This document shows, one piece after another, positions 28,121 through 39,185 of a DNA stretch of 64,000 bases. Position 1 is the stretch's first letter. Each line of letters begins with the position of its first letter. A program made the translations under genes and the position numbers. The notes beneath the pieces were generated by a model. That model ran no database searches, was not told where the DNA came from, and saw nothing but the letters and a program-made list of their open reading frames with translations. The stretch comes from Candidatus Omnitrophota bacterium (GTDB lineage: Bacteria; Omnitrophota; Gorgyraeia; Zapsychrales; Zapsychraceae), in contig DAOWGP010000034.1 in NCBI GenBank assembly GCA_030637405.1, positions 1,358-65,357 on the forward strand, read 5' to 3'.

Positions 28121-29098
28121 TTAAAATATGACCTCTTTAATTTCAGCAATCGTTTTCTTAGCGATTACTTGTGCTTTCTTACGCCCTTCCTCCAGAATAT
28201 CTTGAATGCGGCCTTTATCTTTTTCAAGCTCAGAACGTCTCGCGCGTATGGGCGCTAAATAATCAATTAATATATCCGCTAATATCATCTTGCAATCTGT
28301 GCATCCTTTTTGCGCTTTTGTGCACCATTCGTGAACTTCATTTTTCTTTTCAGGCGCGAACACCTCATAATAACTACAGACATTACATTTATTCGGATGC
28401 CCGGGGTCGGCCAGCTTGATCCTCTTTGGATCCGTGAACATATTCTTTGCTTTTTTCTTTATTTCTTTCTCAGGGTCACTGAGATTGATCGCATTTTGAT
28501 AGCTTTTGCTCATCTTGCGCCCGTCAAGACCCAAAAGGCGCGGTGTTTTTGTTAAAATAGCCTCACAATCCGCGAAGAAATTCGTTTTGTAGATATGATT
28601 GAACCGCCGAGAAATCTCGCGCGTTAATTCGATGTGCGGCAACTGGTCTTCACCGATCGGCACAGCATTGGCCCTGTATAACATAATATCCGCCGCCTGA
28701 AGAACAGGATATCCAAGAAACCCGTAAGTTTGCAGATCTCTCGTTTTAATCTCGCGCAATTGTTCTTTATAGGTAGGATTGCGCTCCAGCCACCCCAAAG
28801 GAGTTATGCAGGAGAATATCATCTGAAGCTCTAAGTGCTCGGGAACATGGGATTGAACAAAAATAATTGATTTTTCCGGGTCAATCCCGTAGGCAATCCA
28901 ATCGATCGCCATATCCACGATATTTTCCTGGATTTCCTTGCTCTGCGCGTACTCCCCCATAAGCGCATGCCAATCAACAATCCCAAAAATGCAGTTGTAA
29001 TTATTTTGAAGTTCGAGCCAATTATTCAACGCGCCTACCAGGTGTCCAAGGTGCAGCTTTCCGGTCGGACGCATTGCAGAGAAAACTATTCTTTTCAT
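28121..29098 (-). CDS. trpS: Tryptophan--tRNA ligase
   Basis: RPTGKLHLGH, YPVLQAADI, GEDQ, KMSKS. Confidence 0.96.
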   Translation of the reverse strand: MKRIVFSAMRPTGKLHLGHLVGALNNWLELQNNYNCIFGIVDWHALMGEYAQSKEIQENIVDMAIDWIAYGIDPEKSIIFVQSHVPEHLELQMIFSCITPLGWLERNPTYKEQLREIKTRDLQTYGFLGYPVLQAADIMLYRANAVPIGEDQLPHIELTREISRRFNHIYKTNFFADCEAILTKTPRLLGLDGRKMSKSYQNAINLSDPEKEIKKKAKNMFTDPKRIKLADPGHPNKCNVCSYYEVFAPEKKNEVHEWCTKAQKGCTDCKMILADILIDYLAPIRARRSELEKDKGRIQDILEEGRKKAQVIAKKTIAEIKEVIF

Positions 29099-31566
29099 AA
29101 TGTCTGGACGATCGATTCTACTTCATAGGCTTCAATAATATCGCCTTGTTTATATTTATCAAAGCCATTTATTGTAACACCGCACTCCATCCCTTCCGAA
29201 ACATCCTTCACGTCATCTTTGAACCGCTTAAGCGACCCAATAGCCCCCGAGAAAATAATTTCCCCATCGCGGATAATATCCGCCTTGGCCTTCCGGTGAA
29301 CTTTTCCTTTTTGAACATAGCACCCTGCCACAATACCCTGCTTTGAAAGCTTGAATACTTCTCGAATTTCGATGCGGCTTAAGAAGTTTTTCTTGATCTT
29401 CGCTTCCAGAAGGCCTTCAAGCGCTTTTTTCATATCGTTAACCGCATCATAAATGATCCGGTATTCGCGGACATCGACAAGTTCTTTCTCGATCTCTTCT
29501 TTAGCTCTTAGATCAACTCCAACGTGAAAAGCAATAACGATCGCATTAGAAGCAACCGCCAAAAGCACATCTGAAGCGTTGACATCTCCAACAGCCGAAT
29601 GAATAAATTTTACTTTCACCTTATCACTCGGGATCTTTTCCAAAGAATCCTTCAGCGCCTCGAGTGATCCCTGGACATCAGTTTTTAAGATAACATTGAG
29701 CTCTTTAATGGCGCCTTCTTGCAATTGCGAATGCAGGTCCTCAAGCGTGATTCTGGGTGTAGCCCGTAATTTCTTATTCTTGATCTGGTCCTGACGTCTT
29801 TGCGTTATTTCTCTGGCCTGCTTTTCATCTTCAACAGCATAAAATAATTCACCGGCCTCCGGCACATTGGAAAGCCCAAGCATTTCTACCGGCATTGAAG
29901 GCCCGGCTCCTTTGATCAAACAGCCATGATCATCGAACATTGCGCGGATCTTCCCGTAAAACGGCCCTAAGACAACGATATCCCCTTCGTTGAGGGTTCC
30001 GCTTTGAATGATCAATGTTGTCACAGCGCCCTTGCCGTGACTTAAATGGGCTTCAACAACTATCCCTGATGCTTTCTTCTGGTCATTCGCCTTCAGTTCA
30101 AGCATTTCAGCCTCGAGAAGGATCAATTCAAGTAATTCGTCAACACCCTCACCGGTCACACCAGAAACCCCAGCAACAACTGTTTTACCACCCCAATCCT
30201 CAGACATTAGATCATGCTCTGAAAGTTGCTTTTTCACACGGTCCGAATCAGCATTTTTCTTATCCATTTTTGTTAAGGCCACAACAATAGGAACCTCAGC
30301 CGCGCGGGCATGATCGATCGCCTCCATAGTCTGGGGCATAAGCCCCTCATCGGCGGCAACAACCAAAACAACAATATCCGTAATATGCGCGCCTCGGGCA
30401 CGCATTGCGGTAAAAGCTTCGTGTCCCGGCGTATCAAGAAATGTAATACGTCCCTTTGGAACAGAAACCGAATAGGCTCCCATATGCTGCGTAATCCCGC
30501 CGTGCTCTCCGTCAGCAACCTTGCTTTTACGTATTTGATCTAAAAGCGTTGTCTTTCCATGATCAACGTGTCCCATAAAAGTAACTACGGGAGCTCTGGC
30601 CTTCAAAAGGCTTTCATCTTCCTCTTCTTTCTTATGGGTTTCAATAAGCTGCTGCTCTTGGGTTCGGATCTTCGCTAAATTAAAGCCAAAATCCTGCACA
30701 ATACGGCTAACAATATCCGCATCAAGAGCTTGATTGATATGACAAAAAGCTCCCATCTTCATCAAGTGCTTAAGCAAAACACTTGGCTTCTTCTGGAGTT
30801 TAACACTGAGATCTTTAACTGTAATCGGAACTTGAATTTCGATATCAGGCAAAGATTCATCACGTGAAACTTCTTTTACCGCTTCAGTAACAACTGGAGC
30901 TTCCTGCTCGGCTATCCCCGGAATACCATTTGAAGAAAGAGATGCTTTAACGTCATCTTTCTTTTCTGAAACAGCAGAAGTTCCCGTTTCACTTTTTGCC
31001 GCTAGAGAAGGTTTTTTGCGTTTTCGAGCCAGAGGTTTAAGCGTAATAACCGGCGATTTACTGATCTTCGGATGCGGTTTGAAAATATCCTTGCTAGACA
31101 CCCTTTTTACGATTGTTTTCTTCTTTACAGTTGTTCCTTTTTCTGTTGTTCTTACAGGTTTTGAAACAACTTTTTTCGTCTTGGGTTTACCTTTTACCTC
31201 TTTATCTTCAACAGCCTTTTTCTTCGTTTCTGCCGCCTTCTTTGTCTTCATCGCTGAAACCGGCTTTGCCTTGACAGACTTTTTTGTCGTTGCCGTTTTT
31301 TTCGCAACCTTCTTCTTTGCCTCACCTGTCATTTTTTTCTTTGTTTTCTTCGCAGATGCCTCTGCTTCGGCAGGCTTACCTACCGTTGTTCCTTTTTTTT
31401 GGGGCGTTTCTTTTTTACTTGTCTTGAGCTCGCTTTTGATAACAGAAACAACTGCCGCGCTAAGAACCTGCTCGCTATCCTTCGCTTTAAGTTTTAGAGA
31501 CCGTAATGCTTTAAGAACGGCATCACTGGTTATATTAAGATCTTTTGCTAGTTCTGATACTTTCAT
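29095..31566 (-). CDS. infB: Translation initiation factor IF-2
   Basis: [39 protein letters not shown]; Lys-rich N-terminal region. Confidence 0.97.
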   Translation of the reverse strand: MKVSELAKDLNITSDAVLKALRSLKLKAKDSEQVLSAAVVSVIKSELKTSKKETPQKKGTTVGKPAEAEASAKKTKKKMTGEAKKKVAKKTATTKKSVKAKPVSAMKTKKAAETKKKAVEDKEVKGKPKTKKVVSKPVRTTEKGTTVKKKTIVKRVSSKDIFKPHPKISKSPVITLKPLARKRKKPSLAAKSETGTSAVSEKKDDVKASLSSNGIPGIAEQEAPVVTEAVKEVSRDESLPDIEIQVPITVKDLSVKLQKKPSVLLKHLMKMGAFCHINQALDADIVSRIVQDFGFNLAKIRTQEQQLIETHKKEEEDESLLKARAPVVTFMGHVDHGKTTLLDQIRKSKVADGEHGGITQHMGAYSVSVPKGRITFLDTPGHEAFTAMRARGAHITDIVVLVVAADEGLMPQTMEAIDHARAAEVPIVVALTKMDKKNADSDRVKKQLSEHDLMSEDWGGKTVVAGVSGVTGEGVDELLELILLEAEMLELKANDQKKASGIVVEAHLSHGKGAVTTLIIQSGTLNEGDIVVLGPFYGKIRAMFDDHGCLIKGAGPSMPVEMLGLSNVPEAGELFYAVEDEKQAREITQRRQDQIKNKKLRATPRITLEDLHSQLQEGAIKELNVILKTDVQGSLEALKDSLEKIPSDKVKVKFIHSAVGDVNASDVLLAVASNAIVIAFHVGVDLRAKEEIEKELVDVREYRIIYDAVNDMKKALEGLLEAKIKKNFLSRIEIREVFKLSKQGIVAGCYVQKGKVHRKAKADIIRDGEIIFSGAIGSLKRFKDDVKDVSEGMECGVTINGFDKYKQGDIIEAYEVESIVQTL

Positions 31567-31572
31567 AAATTC

Positions 31573-32745
31573 CTATCCTTTAAGTAATGCTTTTGCCTCT
31601 TTGATCATCTTTTTGACTTTCACCTTACCAAAACCCTTTATTTGGATTAAATCATCCACACTGGCTTCAGCGATCTTCTCCAGCATATCGAACCCTGCTT
31701 CGGTCAATTGGGCGATAGCCTTCTCTCCAACACCGGAAAGATCAGCAATAGAAACTTCTTCCTCAGATTCTTCATCAGGCACTTCCTCTTCCTGAAGCTC
31801 TTTCCATTGTTCAAACGAGAATAAATTCAATTCCCATTCGACCAATTGGCTGGCTAAACGCACATTTTGCCCATGTTTGCCGATCGCCAAAGATAGCTGA
31901 TCATCGGCAACAATGATATTGGCTTTTTTATCATCATAATCAAGCTGGATCTGTGATATTTCGGCCGGAGAAAGCGCCGCTTGAATGTATTCTTTAATAT
32001 CCGATGCAAAACGGACAATATCAATCTTCTCTCCTTGAAGTTCTGAGACGATATTCTTAACGCGGGAACCACGCATTCCGACACATGCCCCCACGCAATC
32101 CACTTTTTCATCTTTTGAATAAACAGCGATCTTTGTCCTCTCGCCGACATCCCTGGAAATCGCCTTGATCTCAACGATCCCCTCAAAGATCTCAGGAACT
32201 TCTAATTGGAACAGACGTTTTATAAAATTAGGATGGGCTCTTGATAACATGATTTGTGGACCTCGATTTTCGCGCCGCACATCTAAAACATAAGCCCGAA
32301 TACGGTCTCCCTGCCGAAATTCTTCTTTTGAAGACTGTTCCTTTTTGGGAATATAAGCTTCAGTCTTTCCAAGGTCAACAATGATACTTCCCTTCTCGAA
32401 GCGATAAACGGCTCCGCTGATGATTTCTCCAATCCTTTCTTGATATTCACTAAACACAACATCTTTCTCGGCCTCGCGGATTCGCTGAATAACAACTTGC
32501 TTGGCCGTTTGGGCTGCGATACGCCCAAATTCACTCGAGCGGATCTCCTCATTGCCGGCATACGCAGTCAGCTTTCCAGTCTTGGTATCCAAAACAGCAC
32601 GGATATCTTCCTCTTTATCAACCGTCCATAACTTCCTGGCAGCCGATGCAACCGCCGCCTCAACAGCCTCTATGAGAATTTCTTTTTTGATGCCCTTATC
32701 ACGCTCCAACTGTTCGAGAATTCCTAATAATTCAACGCTTTCCAT
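31573..32745 (-). CDS. nusA: Transcription termination/antitermination factor NusA
   Basis: FGRIAAQTAKQ, EVPEI, GACVGMRGSR, LSLAIGKHGQNVRLA, C-terminal HhH. Confidence 0.96.
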   Translation of the reverse strand: MESVELLGILEQLERDKGIKKEILIEAVEAAVASAARKLWTVDKEEDIRAVLDTKTGKLTAYAGNEEIRSSEFGRIAAQTAKQVVIQRIREAEKDVVFSEYQERIGEIISGAVYRFEKGSIIVDLGKTEAYIPKKEQSSKEEFRQGDRIRAYVLDVRRENRGPQIMLSRAHPNFIKRLFQLEVPEIFEGIVEIKAISRDVGERTKIAVYSKDEKVDCVGACVGMRGSRVKNIVSELQGEKIDIVRFASDIKEYIQAALSPAEISQIQLDYDDKKANIIVADDQLSLAIGKHGQNVRLASQLVEWELNLFSFEQWKELQEEEVPDEESEEEVSIADLSGVGEKAIAQLTEAGFDMLEKIAEASVDDLIQIKGFGKVKVKKMIKEAKALLKG

Positions 32746-32766
32746 AACCTCTTCCTTCCTTTATTT

Positions 32767-33222
32767 CTATTCGATCACCTGCACCGCTTTAGAAATAGAC
32801 CCTAACGGTACTGTGATGGTTTTATCGTTCGTTTTAATCAAAATTTTATCTTCATTCACTTCAACCACCTCGCCAAGATGCTCGACCTTTCCCTCAAGCG
32901 CATCCAAAAGATGAAACCTTACTTCCCGCCCTAATACCCGCAAAAAATCCTTTGATGTTTTAAGCGCCCTGTCCAATCCTGGAGACGATACTTCAACAAC
33001 ATAATTTCCGTCAAACCATTGCCTTTTTTCTATTTCACGATCAACTTTTTTGTTAATGAACGTGCATTCGCCAATAGTAATCCCACCAGGCCGGTCCGCA
33101 GCAATATCGATCACAACAGTATTCCCACGCTGCTTCACGTTTAATTCAACAATCTCTGCGGATAACTCTTCAATATATGGCATTATAAGAGCTTCAATCT
33201 GTTCTGTCAATTTATCCTGCAT
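32767..33222 (-). CDS. rimP: Ribosome maturation factor RimP
   Basis: GGITIGEC, Y.VEVSSPGLDR.L; upstream of nusA. Confidence 0.9.
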   Translation of the reverse strand: MQDKLTEQIEALIMPYIEELSAEIVELNVKQRGNTVVIDIAADRPGGITIGECTFINKKVDREIEKRQWFDGNYVVEVSSPGLDRALKTSKDFLRVLGREVRFHLLDALEGKVEHLGEVVEVNEDKILIKTNDKTITVPLGSISKAVQVIE

Positions 33223-34487
33223 ACCGATCCTGTCATCTCTGAGACTTTTTTCTTCACCTGGCCCTTTTCGGCCAGTATCACTTCGTTAGTCTCGCGGTCC
33301 TTGATCTCAACTTTACCCTCAGCAAGATTCCGCTTGCCAATCGTTATCCGGACCGGGATACCGATGAGATCAGCGTCATTGAACTTCCTTCCCGCCGTTT
33401 CTTCCCGGTCATCAACGAGGACCTCCAGGCCCTGCGCCGTTAAGTCCGCATAATACCGATCTGTAAGATCCTTGATTTCCTTATCCTCCTTGGATCCTTG
33501 TATCGGCAAGATCTCCACATCAAAAGGAGCGACCTGACGCGGCCATATAATCCCTTTATCATCATTATGCTTTTCAATGATCGCCGCAATCACCCGGCTA
33601 ACACCAATCCCATAACATCCCATAATGATCGGCTTCTGTTTTCCATCCTCATCAAGGAATTGCGCCCCTTGAGCCTGGCTATATTTCGTTCCCAATTGAA
33701 AGATGTGGCCTAATTCAATGGCGACCTGCGCTGTGAGATTTCCCTTTTTACATTTCGGACACGGTTTACCCTCCGCATTTTCTTCGCTCGCGCCCGCTTG
33801 AAAGCCACATGCGCTACAACTCACGACCGTATCTTCACCGATAGAAGCCGGGACCATAAATTCATGTGACACATCTCCGCCCATCGCCCCGGAATCAGCC
33901 TCTAAAATAACGGTTTTTAAACCACACCGCTGAAAAACATTTTTGTATGCCCCGTACATCAAGTCATAATTTTTCGCAAGCCCCTTCTTATCACGGTCAA
34001 AACTATACGCATCCTTCATAATAAATTCACAGGCCCGAACAATACCGAAACGTGCGCGTAATTCATCGCGGAATTTCGTTTGTATCTGATAGAGAACAAC
34101 CGGAAGCTGACGGTAAGACTGGATAAAATCTTTAACTAAATTCGTGATCACTTCTTCATGGGTCGGGCCTAAACACATTGGACGCTTACGATTATCTTCA
34201 AACTTGATCATAACATCCGCTAACACTTCATCACGCCCGGTTTGTTTCCAGAGATCAATCGGATGCAAGCATGGCAGAAAAAGTTCATTGGCGCCGATGG
34301 CATTCATTTCTTCACGGATTATGTCCTCGATACGTTTAAGAACTCTTAAACCCAGCGGAAGGTATGAATAAACACCCGAAGTAAGCATGTGCACCAGTCC
34401 CGCACGTAACAAAAGTTGGTGGCTGACCGCTTCTGTCCCAATTGGCGTTTCTTTGAGTGTCGGTATAAAATAATTTGACCATTTCAT
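33207..34487 (-). CDS. proS: Proline--tRNA ligase (no INS editing domain)
   Basis: SHQLLLRAG, LGPTHEE, QTKFRDE, MKDAYSF, GHIFQLGTKYS, MGCYGIGVSR. Confidence 0.95.
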   Translation of the reverse strand: MKWSNYFIPTLKETPIGTEAVSHQLLLRAGLVHMLTSGVYSYLPLGLRVLKRIEDIIREEMNAIGANELFLPCLHPIDLWKQTGRDEVLADVMIKFEDNRKRPMCLGPTHEEVITNLVKDFIQSYRQLPVVLYQIQTKFRDELRARFGIVRACEFIMKDAYSFDRDKKGLAKNYDLMYGAYKNVFQRCGLKTVILEADSGAMGGDVSHEFMVPASIGEDTVVSCSACGFQAGASEENAEGKPCPKCKKGNLTAQVAIELGHIFQLGTKYSQAQGAQFLDEDGKQKPIIMGCYGIGVSRVIAAIIEKHNDDKGIIWPRQVAPFDVEILPIQGSKEDKEIKDLTDRYYADLTAQGLEVLVDDREETAGRKFNDADLIGIPVRITIGKRNLAEGKVEIKDRETNEVILAEKGQVKKKVSEMTGSVCRIN

Positions 34488-34499
34488 ATCGATAATATC

Positions 34500-35768
34500 C
34501 TATTCATTAAAAAATCCCTCTGGCAATTTAACCATGCGTTTGTGGAATTTTTGCATGCAGGAAGGCTGTTTCTTATCCATAACCCATTCTCCAAGAATTT
34601 CACCCGCCTCGCTCATCCCGCTTTGCTTAAACTGAAAGATGTCATTTATAACAATCTTGTCAGTCGCATTGTCAAAATAGACATCGGAAACAGCTGTCAC
34701 GCGACGAACTCCGTCCATAAATAATTCCACGTGGACAATAAGATCAATTGATTTTGCAATAATCTTCTGGATTTCAAGAGTCTCAAGCTGAATGCCGGTC
34801 ATCAGCATGATCGTAAGCATACGGTTAAAACAATCTTCTGTCGTCTCCGAGTGAACAATCGCCAATGAACCGCTATGCCCGCTGCTAATAGACTGAATCA
34901 GATCGAGCAATTCCTCACCACGAATTTCACCGATAATGACACGGTCTGGACGCATTCGCAGAGAATTGACAAAAAGCTCCCGCATTGAAATTTCCCCTTT
35001 CCCTTCGATATTTGCGGGTTTCGATGCCAGACTAACCACATGGTCCTGAACCAAACGTAATTCGGGGGTATCTTCAATTGTAATAATACGCTCATGAGAA
35101 GGAATGTGGCGTGAAAACACATTGAGCAGCGTTGTTTTACCTGCACCTGTTGAACCGCAAAAAATAACGTTACATTTTACTTTCATCGCCGCAATCAGCA
35201 AAGTCGCGATCTTTTTATCAAGCGTTTTCAGTCCCAACAGATCATCCACGGCTGCAATCTCGTCACTAAATTTTCGAATCGTCATAATCGGCCCCATTAG
35301 CGAGCAAGGCGGAAGAATAATATTAACCCGCGCTCCATCTTCTAATGAAAAATCGACATAAGGCGAAGATTCATCGACGCGTTTATTTGATCCGGATCCG
35401 GCTAGGATTTTCTGAACAGTATGAAAAAGTTCAGGATTGCTCTCAAACTTTATATCCGATTTGTAGATGCGTCCTTCACGTTGTATATAAACTTGTTTGG
35501 CCCCGTTGACCATAATTTCTGAAATGGTGGGGTCCTCCATGAGAGGCCGCAGAGGCCCCATGCTTATCGCCGCGCTGACAAGCGTGCGGATAATTTCACT
35601 GCGCTCCTCAAGATCTAATTGAACATGATGCCTGTAACAGAAATCAGAAATAGATTGATTGACAAAATTTCTTAACTGATCTTCGTTCATGGTATCTTTA
35701 ACTTTAAGGAAATCCGTTTCCTTAATAAGATACCGGTTCATCCTCTCTCTTAAATCTTCTTCGCTCAT
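34500..35768 (-). CDS. CpaF/TadA-family pilus assembly ATPase
   Basis: EIMVNG, VDESSP, TIRKF, GSTGAGKTT, IEDTPEL, LRMRPDRVIIGEIRG, SGH. Confidence 0.9.
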   Translation of the reverse strand: MSEEDLRERMNRYLIKETDFLKVKDTMNEDQLRNFVNQSISDFCYRHHVQLDLEERSEIIRTLVSAAISMGPLRPLMEDPTISEIMVNGAKQVYIQREGRIYKSDIKFESNPELFHTVQKILAGSGSNKRVDESSPYVDFSLEDGARVNIILPPCSLMGPIMTIRKFSDEIAAVDDLLGLKTLDKKIATLLIAAMKVKCNVIFCGSTGAGKTTLLNVFSRHIPSHERIITIEDTPELRLVQDHVVSLASKPANIEGKGEISMRELFVNSLRMRPDRVIIGEIRGEELLDLIQSISSGHSGSLAIVHSETTEDCFNRMLTIMLMTGIQLETLEIQKIIAKSIDLIVHVELFMDGVRRVTAVSDVYFDNATDKIVINDIFQFKQSGMSEAGEILGEWVMDKKQPSCMQKFHKRMVKLPEGFFNE

Positions 35769-35807
35769 TTTAGGCCTGCCTTATTATAGGTTAAAATAGA
35801 GACTCGT

Positions 35808-37202
35808 TTACGGGAACATTTTTCTAACTTGAGTAAACCAACCGCTAATGTTATCAATCCAACCAAAACGCGAGAAATCACTGTAAAACACAAACAGCGC
35901 GAGCAAAATGATCAAGCCAAATCCCAAACGGGCAATGTATTCATCAATTTTTGGGGGCAATGGCTTTCCTCTTACTTTCTCGATGCCAAATAAAAAAAGA
36001 TGGCCTCCATCCAAAGGGATTACCGGCAATAAATTGAAAATGGCAAGACTGGCGCTGATCACACCAAGGATAAATAGCAAATGCGATACCCCCTCTTGTG
36101 CCGCACCTTTAACGATATAAAATATTCCGACGGGACCTGTTACAGATTCGCGCGCTGATTTTGACCCAATGACCATCTGATACAGAGACTCGTAAGTTAA
36201 CTGTGTAATGTACACTAACTCTTCACCGGAGTGAACAAGTGAAGCCCAAATTCCAAATTTGTATAGGTCAAGTTCCTGTTGCGGTCCAATACCAATTTTA
36301 CGAATCTTAACTGTCTGCCCATTCTCATCAGTATGCTCATCAATCCTCGGCTTAATAGCCTTTACTAGAATTTGGCCATCACGCACAAGCTTCAATACAA
36401 TCTGTTTTCCTGTCGAATCTGCAACCGCCCCTTTTATATCCGTCCAACTTGTAATTTCTTGATTATCAATTTCAATGATTCTGTCACCGCCTTGTAATCC
36501 CGCGTTTTCTGCAGGAAATTCCTCAACAAGCCCGCCAATAACGTTCGACATATTGTCTATGCCTAAATCACGAATCATTCTAGGCCGCCCAACCAAATTA
36601 GGTTTTTCCGTTATCTCCGGAATAACAGTCAATGTTGTCTCTTTTCCATCACGCAAAACTGTTATTTCAACTCTTTTCGGATTCTCCCCTTCGAGCTTCC
36701 ATTGAAGGTTTAGCCATCCGTGAACTTCTCTGGAGTCAACGGCAATAATTTTATCACCAGCCCGTAAACCGGCCACTTGAGCCGGCCCGCCATCAACGAG
36801 TTCGGCGATCGTTGTTGATTGTCCCGGATAGCCGATCATAAAAACAAAAATGAAACTGATATACGCCAGGAGGAAATTAACAACTGGGCCATTTAAAACG
36901 ACTAGCGATCGATGCCCAATCGGTTTTGAATAAAATTCTCCAGAGGTGCCTTTACACTCCATGCGATCATCCCCTGCCATTTTGACATACCCACCCAGAG
37001 GAATCGCATTGATCATATAGGTTGTTCCATTATAGACCTTGGAAAAAAGCGTGGGACCAAAGCCTAATGCAAATCGCTTGACATCAACACCAAGACGTTT
37101 AGCTGTAATAAAATGTCCCCACTCGTGAACTATGATGAGTACACTTAAAACAGCGACGAATACAACAACACTTTGAATATTTGAAACAACACTTCCGATC
37201 AT
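35808..37202 (-). CDS. rseP: RIP metalloprotease RseP (two PDZ domains)
   Basis: HEWGH, PLGGYVKM, FNLLP..PLDGG. Confidence 0.94.
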   Translation of the reverse strand: MIGSVVSNIQSVVVFVAVLSVLIIVHEWGHFITAKRLGVDVKRFALGFGPTLFSKVYNGTTYMINAIPLGGYVKMAGDDRMECKGTSGEFYSKPIGHRSLVVLNGPVVNFLLAYISFIFVFMIGYPGQSTTIAELVDGGPAQVAGLRAGDKIIAVDSREVHGWLNLQWKLEGENPKRVEITVLRDGKETTLTVIPEITEKPNLVGRPRMIRDLGIDNMSNVIGGLVEEFPAENAGLQGGDRIIEIDNQEITSWTDIKGAVADSTGKQIVLKLVRDGQILVKAIKPRIDEHTDENGQTVKIRKIGIGPQQELDLYKFGIWASLVHSGEELVYITQLTYESLYQMVIGSKSARESVTGPVGIFYIVKGAAQEGVSHLLFILGVISASLAIFNLLPVIPLDGGHLFLFGIEKVRGKPLPPKIDEYIARLGFGLIILLALFVFYSDFSRFGWIDNISGWFTQVRKMFP

Positions 37203-37207
37203 AATCT

Positions 37208-38362
37208 TTACCTAAAAATGAGCCTTTCCGTTTCCTGCCGGGTCCATTGATCCGTCTCTAATATTTTCTTAAGCGTTGGGTTCTTTATTGTTCTATGCCG
37301 AAGGACAATTTTCTCAACAATCCGGTAAATATCTGAAAACTTGATTTTCTTGTTGAGAAAAGCATCGACGGCTACTTCGTCAGCCGCGTTCAATACACTC
37401 GGCAATGTTCCTCCTCGGCGTCCAACGTGGATCGATAAGGCTAAAGCGGGAAACTTATTTGTATCCGGCTTCTTGAAATTAAACTGTCCTAATTCAAAGA
37501 AATTCGTCGGCTTTAGCCCTGATTCCAATCTCTCCGGATAAGTCAGCGCATATTGGATCGGCAAACGCATGTCCGTTATGCTCAACTGGGCGATAATCGA
37601 ACCGTCTTTGAACTCTGCCATCGAGTGAATGATCGCCTCGGGATGAACAACAACTTGGATCTGGTCTATCGAGAGCTGAAATAAGACTTTCGTTTCGATA
37701 ATTTCAAACCCCTTATTCATCAGCATGGCAGAATCAACCGTGATCTTCTTTCCCATCTTCCAACGCGGATGATTGAGAATCTGATTGACAGACAGATGAT
37801 CAAATCGCGACTTCGGCACATCCAATAAAGCCCCGCCTGAAGCCGTTAAGTGGATCTTTTTAAGTTCACCGCGGTTTCTGCCTTCTAAACATTGAAAGAT
37901 CGCGCTTTGCTCGCTATCAACAGGAATAATCGTCGCTTTATGCCGCTTCGCTTCGCTGATAAGAATATCCCCGGCAATCACCAGAGCTTCTTTGTTAGCC
38001 GGAGCAACTGTTTTTCCAGCACGTATCGCGCTTAAAAATGGACCTAAAGCAGCGCTCCCGCGCATAGCAATAACAACAATATCAACACATTTTAACGCAA
38101 CAAGGCTTTCAAGGTCTTCTTCGACATTTAGAATGCGCGTCTGGCGCGCTCCTAGATGTTTCTTAAGGTATTCGACACCCTTTGTGCTGACGGCAACATG
38201 CGTTGGAGAAAATTTTCTGATCTGCCGTTCAAGCAGCTTAAAGTTATTATACGCTGTCAATCCAACAACTTTAAATTTGTTTGAAAAGCGCTCAATAACT
38301 TTTAAAGTGCTGATCCCAATTGACCCCGTTGATCCGAGGATAACAACTTTTTTAAGCCCCAT
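37208..38362 (-). CDS. dxr: 1-deoxy-D-xylulose 5-phosphate reductoisomerase
   Basis: LGSTGSIG, ANKE, PVDSE, LTASGG, HPRWKMGKKITVDSA, DMRLPI. Confidence 0.96.
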   Translation of the reverse strand: MGLKKVVILGSTGSIGISTLKVIERFSNKFKVVGLTAYNNFKLLERQIRKFSPTHVAVSTKGVEYLKKHLGARQTRILNVEEDLESLVALKCVDIVVIAMRGSAALGPFLSAIRAGKTVAPANKEALVIAGDILISEAKRHKATIIPVDSEQSAIFQCLEGRNRGELKKIHLTASGGALLDVPKSRFDHLSVNQILNHPRWKMGKKITVDSAMLMNKGFEIIETKVLFQLSIDQIQVVVHPEAIIHSMAEFKDGSIIAQLSITDMRLPIQYALTYPERLESGLKPTNFFELGQFNFKKPDTNKFPALALSIHVGRRGGTLPSVLNAADEVAVDAFLNKKIKFSDIYRIVEKIVLRHRTIKNPTLKKILETDQWTRQETERLIFR

Positions 38363-38365
38363 TTT

Positions 38366-39184
38366 TTATTGCATTAAAACCTGTGCCATATAAAAATAAA
38401 ACGCCGGTGCAGAAAACAAAAGACTGTCGATCGCATCTAAAACACCGCCTAAGGCCGGTAATAATTTTCCTGAGTCTTTAACATTACAATCACGTTTAAT
38501 GAGAGATTCGGACATGTCACCCAGTTGCCCGATCCCGCCAAAAAAGAGACCGATTAAGACGACGTGAGTAAGAGAGAAATTGATTTCAGCCGGGAGCAAA
38601 GACCGTGCAAGTATTGCCGCGACAGCGCTGAAAATAAAACTCCCGATACTCCCTTCAATTGTTTTATTTGGGCTGACTCGCGGTAACAAGGGGTGTTTTC
38701 CAATCTTGCTGCCGACCAATAACGCGCCCATATCCCCGCATTTTGTGATCAAAAGAATGAAACCAAGGAGCTTGATACCCTCTACACCGGGAAGAAGAAC
38801 CCTAATCTTAAGTAAGAAGCTAAAGAACCATGAGACATACAGAACACCGAAAAGTGTTGTTGAAATTCCAACAATCGCGTTGGTATTATCTCTGCGGTTT
38901 AATTGTAGAATAAAGATCAAAAGAAGAACTAGGACGATGAAAAGCAGTTCCCATCTTTTTGTCGGCTCAAACTGGAAAAAAATCGATAAAGGAATCAATA
39001 CCCCTAATATGATTCCGGTATAACTATAGATCGGAATGCCTTTTTTCTTGATCAAATAAAAGAATTCATAAAGCCCGCCAATCGTTAAAGCCAAAATAAC
39101 TAAAATACACACCCATTGGTTCAATACGGCAAAAAGACTTAACAAGATCATAATTATTGAACTTACCAATCGATCCTTACTCAT
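38366..39184 (-). CDS. cdsA: Phosphatidate cytidylyltransferase
   Basis: SPNKTIEG, GDMSESLIKR, VKDSG, GGVLD..DS. Confidence 0.93.
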   Translation of the reverse strand: MSKDRLVSSIIMILLSLFAVLNQWVCILVILALTIGGLYEFFYLIKKKGIPIYSYTGIILGVLIPLSIFFQFEPTKRWELLFIVLVLLLIFILQLNRRDNTNAIVGISTTLFGVLYVSWFFSFLLKIRVLLPGVEGIKLLGFILLITKCGDMGALLVGSKIGKHPLLPRVSPNKTIEGSIGSFIFSAVAAILARSLLPAEINFSLTHVVLIGLFFGGIGQLGDMSESLIKRDCNVKDSGKLLPALGGVLDAIDSLLFSAPAFYFYMAQVLMQ

Positions 39185-39185
39185 T

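Noticed and set aside
27132-31575. scpA-ruvB and nusA-infB are in frame across TAG plus 6 nt (possible readthrough fusions)
   Set aside because: TAGGA doubles as the Shine-Dalgarno of the next gene; ordinary translational coupling explains the spacing
31016-31795. 259-aa plus-strand Phe-rich ORF
   Set aside because: Antisense shadow of the Lys-rich IF-2 N-terminus
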